Positions 60,111-64,000 of a stretch of 64,000 bases of DNA are shown piece after piece. The first letter of the stretch is position 1, and the number at the start of each line of letters is the position of its first letter. This DNA is from Vicugna vicugna (lineage: Eukaryota): contig MU058252.1 of assembly GCA_013265495.1 (NCBI GenBank), forward strand, positions 778,244 to 842,243, given 5' to 3'. Position numbers and translations under genes: made by a program. A model generated the notes under the pieces. That model saw only the letters and a program-made list of their open reading frames with translations. It had not been told where the DNA came from and ran no database searches.

Positions 60111-62320
60111 TGGAGTTGTTACTGAGGAAGAGGAGGAGCAGGAATAAGAGTGGCCAAAACCTTCCCTGAACATCCACGAGGCATGATGCACTGAACCCGT
60201 AAGGATGACTTCCAGGCACTGGAAGCAGCGGTGAGCCCCCCAGGCCCTGGGATCCCCTTTAGGTCCCTCCAGGAGCCAGGCCAGGCCTGCCCCAGACCTT
60301 CCCATACGGCTTCTCCCTTCCCTGCTGACTGGCGATCTCGCCCTCCAGGGCCTGATCTTGTCCAGAGCAGCCTTCTTCCTCACTGACCCCCATCCTGCCG
60401 TCGAAAGCAGACCCTTTGGACAAAGTTGCTATTTACTCTTGAATATTTTATCATACCTTTTAATTCTACTTATGTGTGTTTTCTCAGCATCCACATGGTT
60501 CATCACTGTAGCCCCAGCAGCTAGACCCACACCCCAAGGTGGGAGCTTAACAGATGGGTTCAGTGGCTTCATTAAAGAGAGCCACATAGACGGAGCAGGA
60601 GGCGGGGACCACGAGCCCATGAGGTTCAGTCTGAGGCTGAGGCGGGTGGAGAACCAGGGAGAGAGGACAGATAGGGCTGCGGGTGCCAGACCCAGCGGGG
60701 ATCGGGACGGTGAGGGAGCTCTGACTCCAGGGAAGCCTTGATGGGGAGTGACTTGGGCGCCTCCCGAGGGCCCACAGGTGATGCCGCGTCCTGATGGGCC
60801 CTCGTGTTGGTCTAGCCACCCCTCCTGCCACTTTCATCCAGGAATAAGGCCATGACGAGGCGAGTCCCAGACTCCAAGCACCCTGCAGCCTGTCTGTGGT
60901 CACTCACAAGGCATTTTCTGTGGCCTGGAGACGGGATGCAGGACCTGAAGGAGACCCCTCAGGAGCAGACAACCCATCACACTCAGGTGCGTGAGCTGCT
61001 GGGCGGGTAAGGCCTGGAGTCCCGGGTGGCTGGACTTGGGGATGTCAGCCCCCCCTGCCACCCCTCTGTGCCAGGGGAGGGGCTCTCAAGGCAGGCAGAC
61101 TGCCCCCCAGCAGAACTGGAAACACTTGGAAGTTAAAGGTAAAGAGAGCAAGTGGGGCCTGTGGGTGGATCATCTTGTGCTGACTTCACTGTCTTACTGT
61201 CTGTGTTCTCCGAGTTCTGGCACCTGGGGCCTCCTGACTCGGGAGAGCCCGCCCCTCCAGGCTTGGCCGGTTCTTAGAGAGACTGTGCCTTCCACCTGCA
61301 AACAGACCAAGCCCGGACTGGGATGCAAACTCGTCCAGCAGGTCCTTACACTTTAGGAAGCGCTGTTCCCACCTGCTCATCCCCGGGGCCCCCCTAACCC
61401 CACGCACTCCGCCTGGTCCTGCCTTTCCCATGCAAACCACAGCAAAGGCTCCTGCCCACCCCGTCCCCTCACTCCTCCTGCCCCTGATGGCCCTGGGGCG
61501 TCCCTGAGGGGCCAGCTGGGCCCCCTCCTCTTGGGAACTGGGCGTAACACACTGCCTGTTCAGGGGCCGTCCTCTCCTGAACTGTTGGCCTCACCGCCCC
61601 TGAATAACAAGAAAATCAACATTTAAAAGTGCCCCTCCCCATGGTCTCTACCAGGCCTCTACCTTTTTCCTTCTCTGCACAGGCAGACGCGAAAAGGTTT
61701 CCGAATATATACACAGTAAAGTATTTGTCAACAGAAAGGCTTTAAGGGAACCATGCATCTGATTCTGACTAAGAGAGAATTTCTCAGAAGCCCTTTGCTG
61801 AAGTGCACCTGTACTGGAATGACGTCCCCAGGCCTCCGGTTCCCCGGGCGCCGAGCGCGGAGGAAGACCACCAGCCTGAGGTCGCGGGCTCGAATTCAGC
61901 CGCCAGGGTCTTGATCTCTGCTCGTTTCAGCCCGGCCTCCGCAGCAAAGCTGGATGTTCCTGGGAGGAAGGGACGTGGCTCTGGGATTTGGATTACAGAC
62001 AGGGAAACAAGAGGAAGGCGGGACGCAGGGCGAGCTGAGCCCTGCTGCTTTCATCACCTGTTTGCTGTGCATCTGTGAAATCACCAGCGTTAGCCGATTG
62101 TGTTACCTCTTTCAGCAAAGCATCTGAGCTATTTGAGTCGCCAGAACTCCCTCTGAATCTGCCTTGAGCCGTCCACCTCTAACTTCTGAGTGGTGCTCTT
62201 GGCCCGGGAGCCCCAGGTGGCCTCTGTGTCCCCACCCGCCAGCCTGGCTTTGCTGCAAGCCCCCCCCCCCCCCCGCCTTGTGGGGCCCTGGGGGGGCCCT
62301 TCGCCCCCGACTCCACAGGC

Positions 62321-62563
62321 NNNNNNNNNNNNNNNNNNNNNNNNNNNNNNNNNNNNNNNNNNNNNNNNNNNNNNNNNNNNNNNNNNNNNNNNNNNNNNNN
62401 NNNNNNNNNNNNNNNNNNNNNNNNNNNNNNNNNNNNNNNNNNNNNNNNNNNNNNNNNNNNNNNNNNNNNNNNNNNNNNNNNNNNNNNNNNNNNNNNNNNN
62501 NNNNNNNNNNNNNNNNNNNNNNNNNNNNNNNNNNNNNNNNNNNNNNNNNNNNNNNNNNNNNNN
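62321..62563. other. Assembly gap (243 N)
   Basis: Run of N. Confidence 1.
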
Positions 62564-64000
62564 CCCCCGCCCAGCGTTGTGAGGCTCTGGGGGCGCCATT
62601 CGCCCCGGACTCCACAGGCCAAGCCCAGGCCTGACCAGGGGCCTCACTGCGAGGGGACACGCTCCCTCCTGAGGGTTACACCCTGGGCCACCGTCACCGT
62701 CAGGACATCTGTGGGGTCAGCAGTGCCAGGGCCAAGCGCCACAGTGTACAGGAAGTGCCTTGGCCTGCGGGGAACATCAGACCCCTGGAGACCCCAGAGC
62801 CTGCTGAAATCACTCAAACAAGCTCATCCTAAACCCACTTCCTCTGAGGTTCCCGAGCCCCCGAGCCCCTGAGGCATCTCCATTACCGTCAGGGTCACTG
62901 TGAGACCACCCCGTCTCACCAGTCTTCACTCTCCCTCACTTCTCTATTCCTTCCACCAGGCTCTGCGATCGTGACCTACTGTCTTTAGACACTTTCAGAC
63001 ACGCTCGGTCCCGGAATCACGTGTCCAGTATCAAGCTTCTCCGCCCACAACCGGGACTCCCCAGAGGAAAGAAATTCTAAAACCACACCTCTTCCACGCA
63101 GCCCGCAGTCAGCTTCACTGACTGTCTCCATCACCACTGGGCCTTGTTGCTAGAATGTTCCTAGTCTATTCTGCTGGGGGCGGGAAAGGGGATGGGCACC
63201 GAGAGGGACAGCCCCAGCTACCACCGTCCCCTCCATCCTCACTTCCGCCCTTGGGGCGTCAGAGCACAGGTGGGGGTCTGAGGCACAGGCGGTGAGTTAT
63301 CAGCCAAGACACGCACAGCCCAGCCGCTCTGCCGCCTGCCCATCGGGTGGTGGCTAGCTGACTCGCTGGCGATCCAGGGCGTCCTTTGGGAGAGGACGAA
63401 TCCGCAAGTGCTTAACTGAGCTCTTTCCCGGGAAGCCCTTGCCTGGGCCCCTCCTTCCACCTGTTGTCTGCGGGGGCTGGTCCAGGGCCAGCCATGCAGC
63501 ATGTGGTGACGGCCACGTAGAGGAAACCCGGGCGGAGGAAGGGTGAGCCCTTCCAGCTTGGCTTAGGGTGGGATGGACGGGGGGTGGTGAGCCAGGCTGC
63601 GTTTAATTTCCAGCCCAGATGACCGTTCCTGAGCTGTGTGCCTCTCCCAGGAGCACGGGAACGCTCTCTGCTAACCCCAAACGCCTCCACCACCGACTTC
63701 ACAGAGTCTGAAATCCGCCTCCACCTTGCAAATGAGATGCCACATGTCCAGGGGTCTTTGGTGTCGCACTGATCCAGCAAAGAGAACAGACGCTGGGCCT
63801 GGGCAGCTCTGGGTGGGCCAAGAGGCCAGGGGGCCCCGGCTATAGTGACAGTGCTGTCCTCACCATGCTGTGGCCTTGGGCACGGCCCCAGCCCTCAGAG
63901 CCCAGCAGTGCTCTTCCCAGGAGCCCCGAGGGCTTCATCTCACGCAGGAACAATCCACGTCCGCCCTACGCCCACAGGACGGTGAGTAAGCCGGCCTCTG

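Noticed and set aside
62112..62660. ORFs spanning the N run
   Set aside because: Artefacts of translating the assembly gap.
62920..62960. Strong polypyrimidine tract plus CAG acceptor
   Set aside because: Context resembles a decayed pyrimidine-rich L2 3' region, and there is no convincing paired exon.

Overview
Mammalian genomic DNA, very probably a camelid (camel/llama/alpaca). The basis is tRNA-derived SINEs with the GGGGAGGGTATAGCTCAG...AAACCTAATTACCTCCCC layout and young L1 3' ends that I recognise as camelid-type. The window looks intergenic or intronic: I found no intact protein-coding gene, RNA gene or CRISPR-like array, and the ORF track is consistent with chance ORFs in GC-rich DNA and repeats. 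About the first 20 kb is relatively AT-rich; the rest is GC/CpG-rich. It is dense in interspersed repeats: L1, L2, MIR, MaLR/ERVL LTRs, hAT and Tigger DNA transposons, and lineage-specific SINEs. There is one 243-nt N gap. Repeat subfamily names come from my recollection of consensus sequences, not a database search. The most interesting signal is a heavily decayed stretch at about 57.1-57.9 kb with motifs collinear with a NACC1/NACC2-type BTB-BEN protein (tentative). Other notable signals: a twin-primed inverted L1, an internally deleted SINE carrying a probable 3' transduction, several microhomology/template-switch scars, an unexplained 77-bp dispersed duplication, and a probable false duplication around the gap. 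I do not see convincing evidence of a new biological system.
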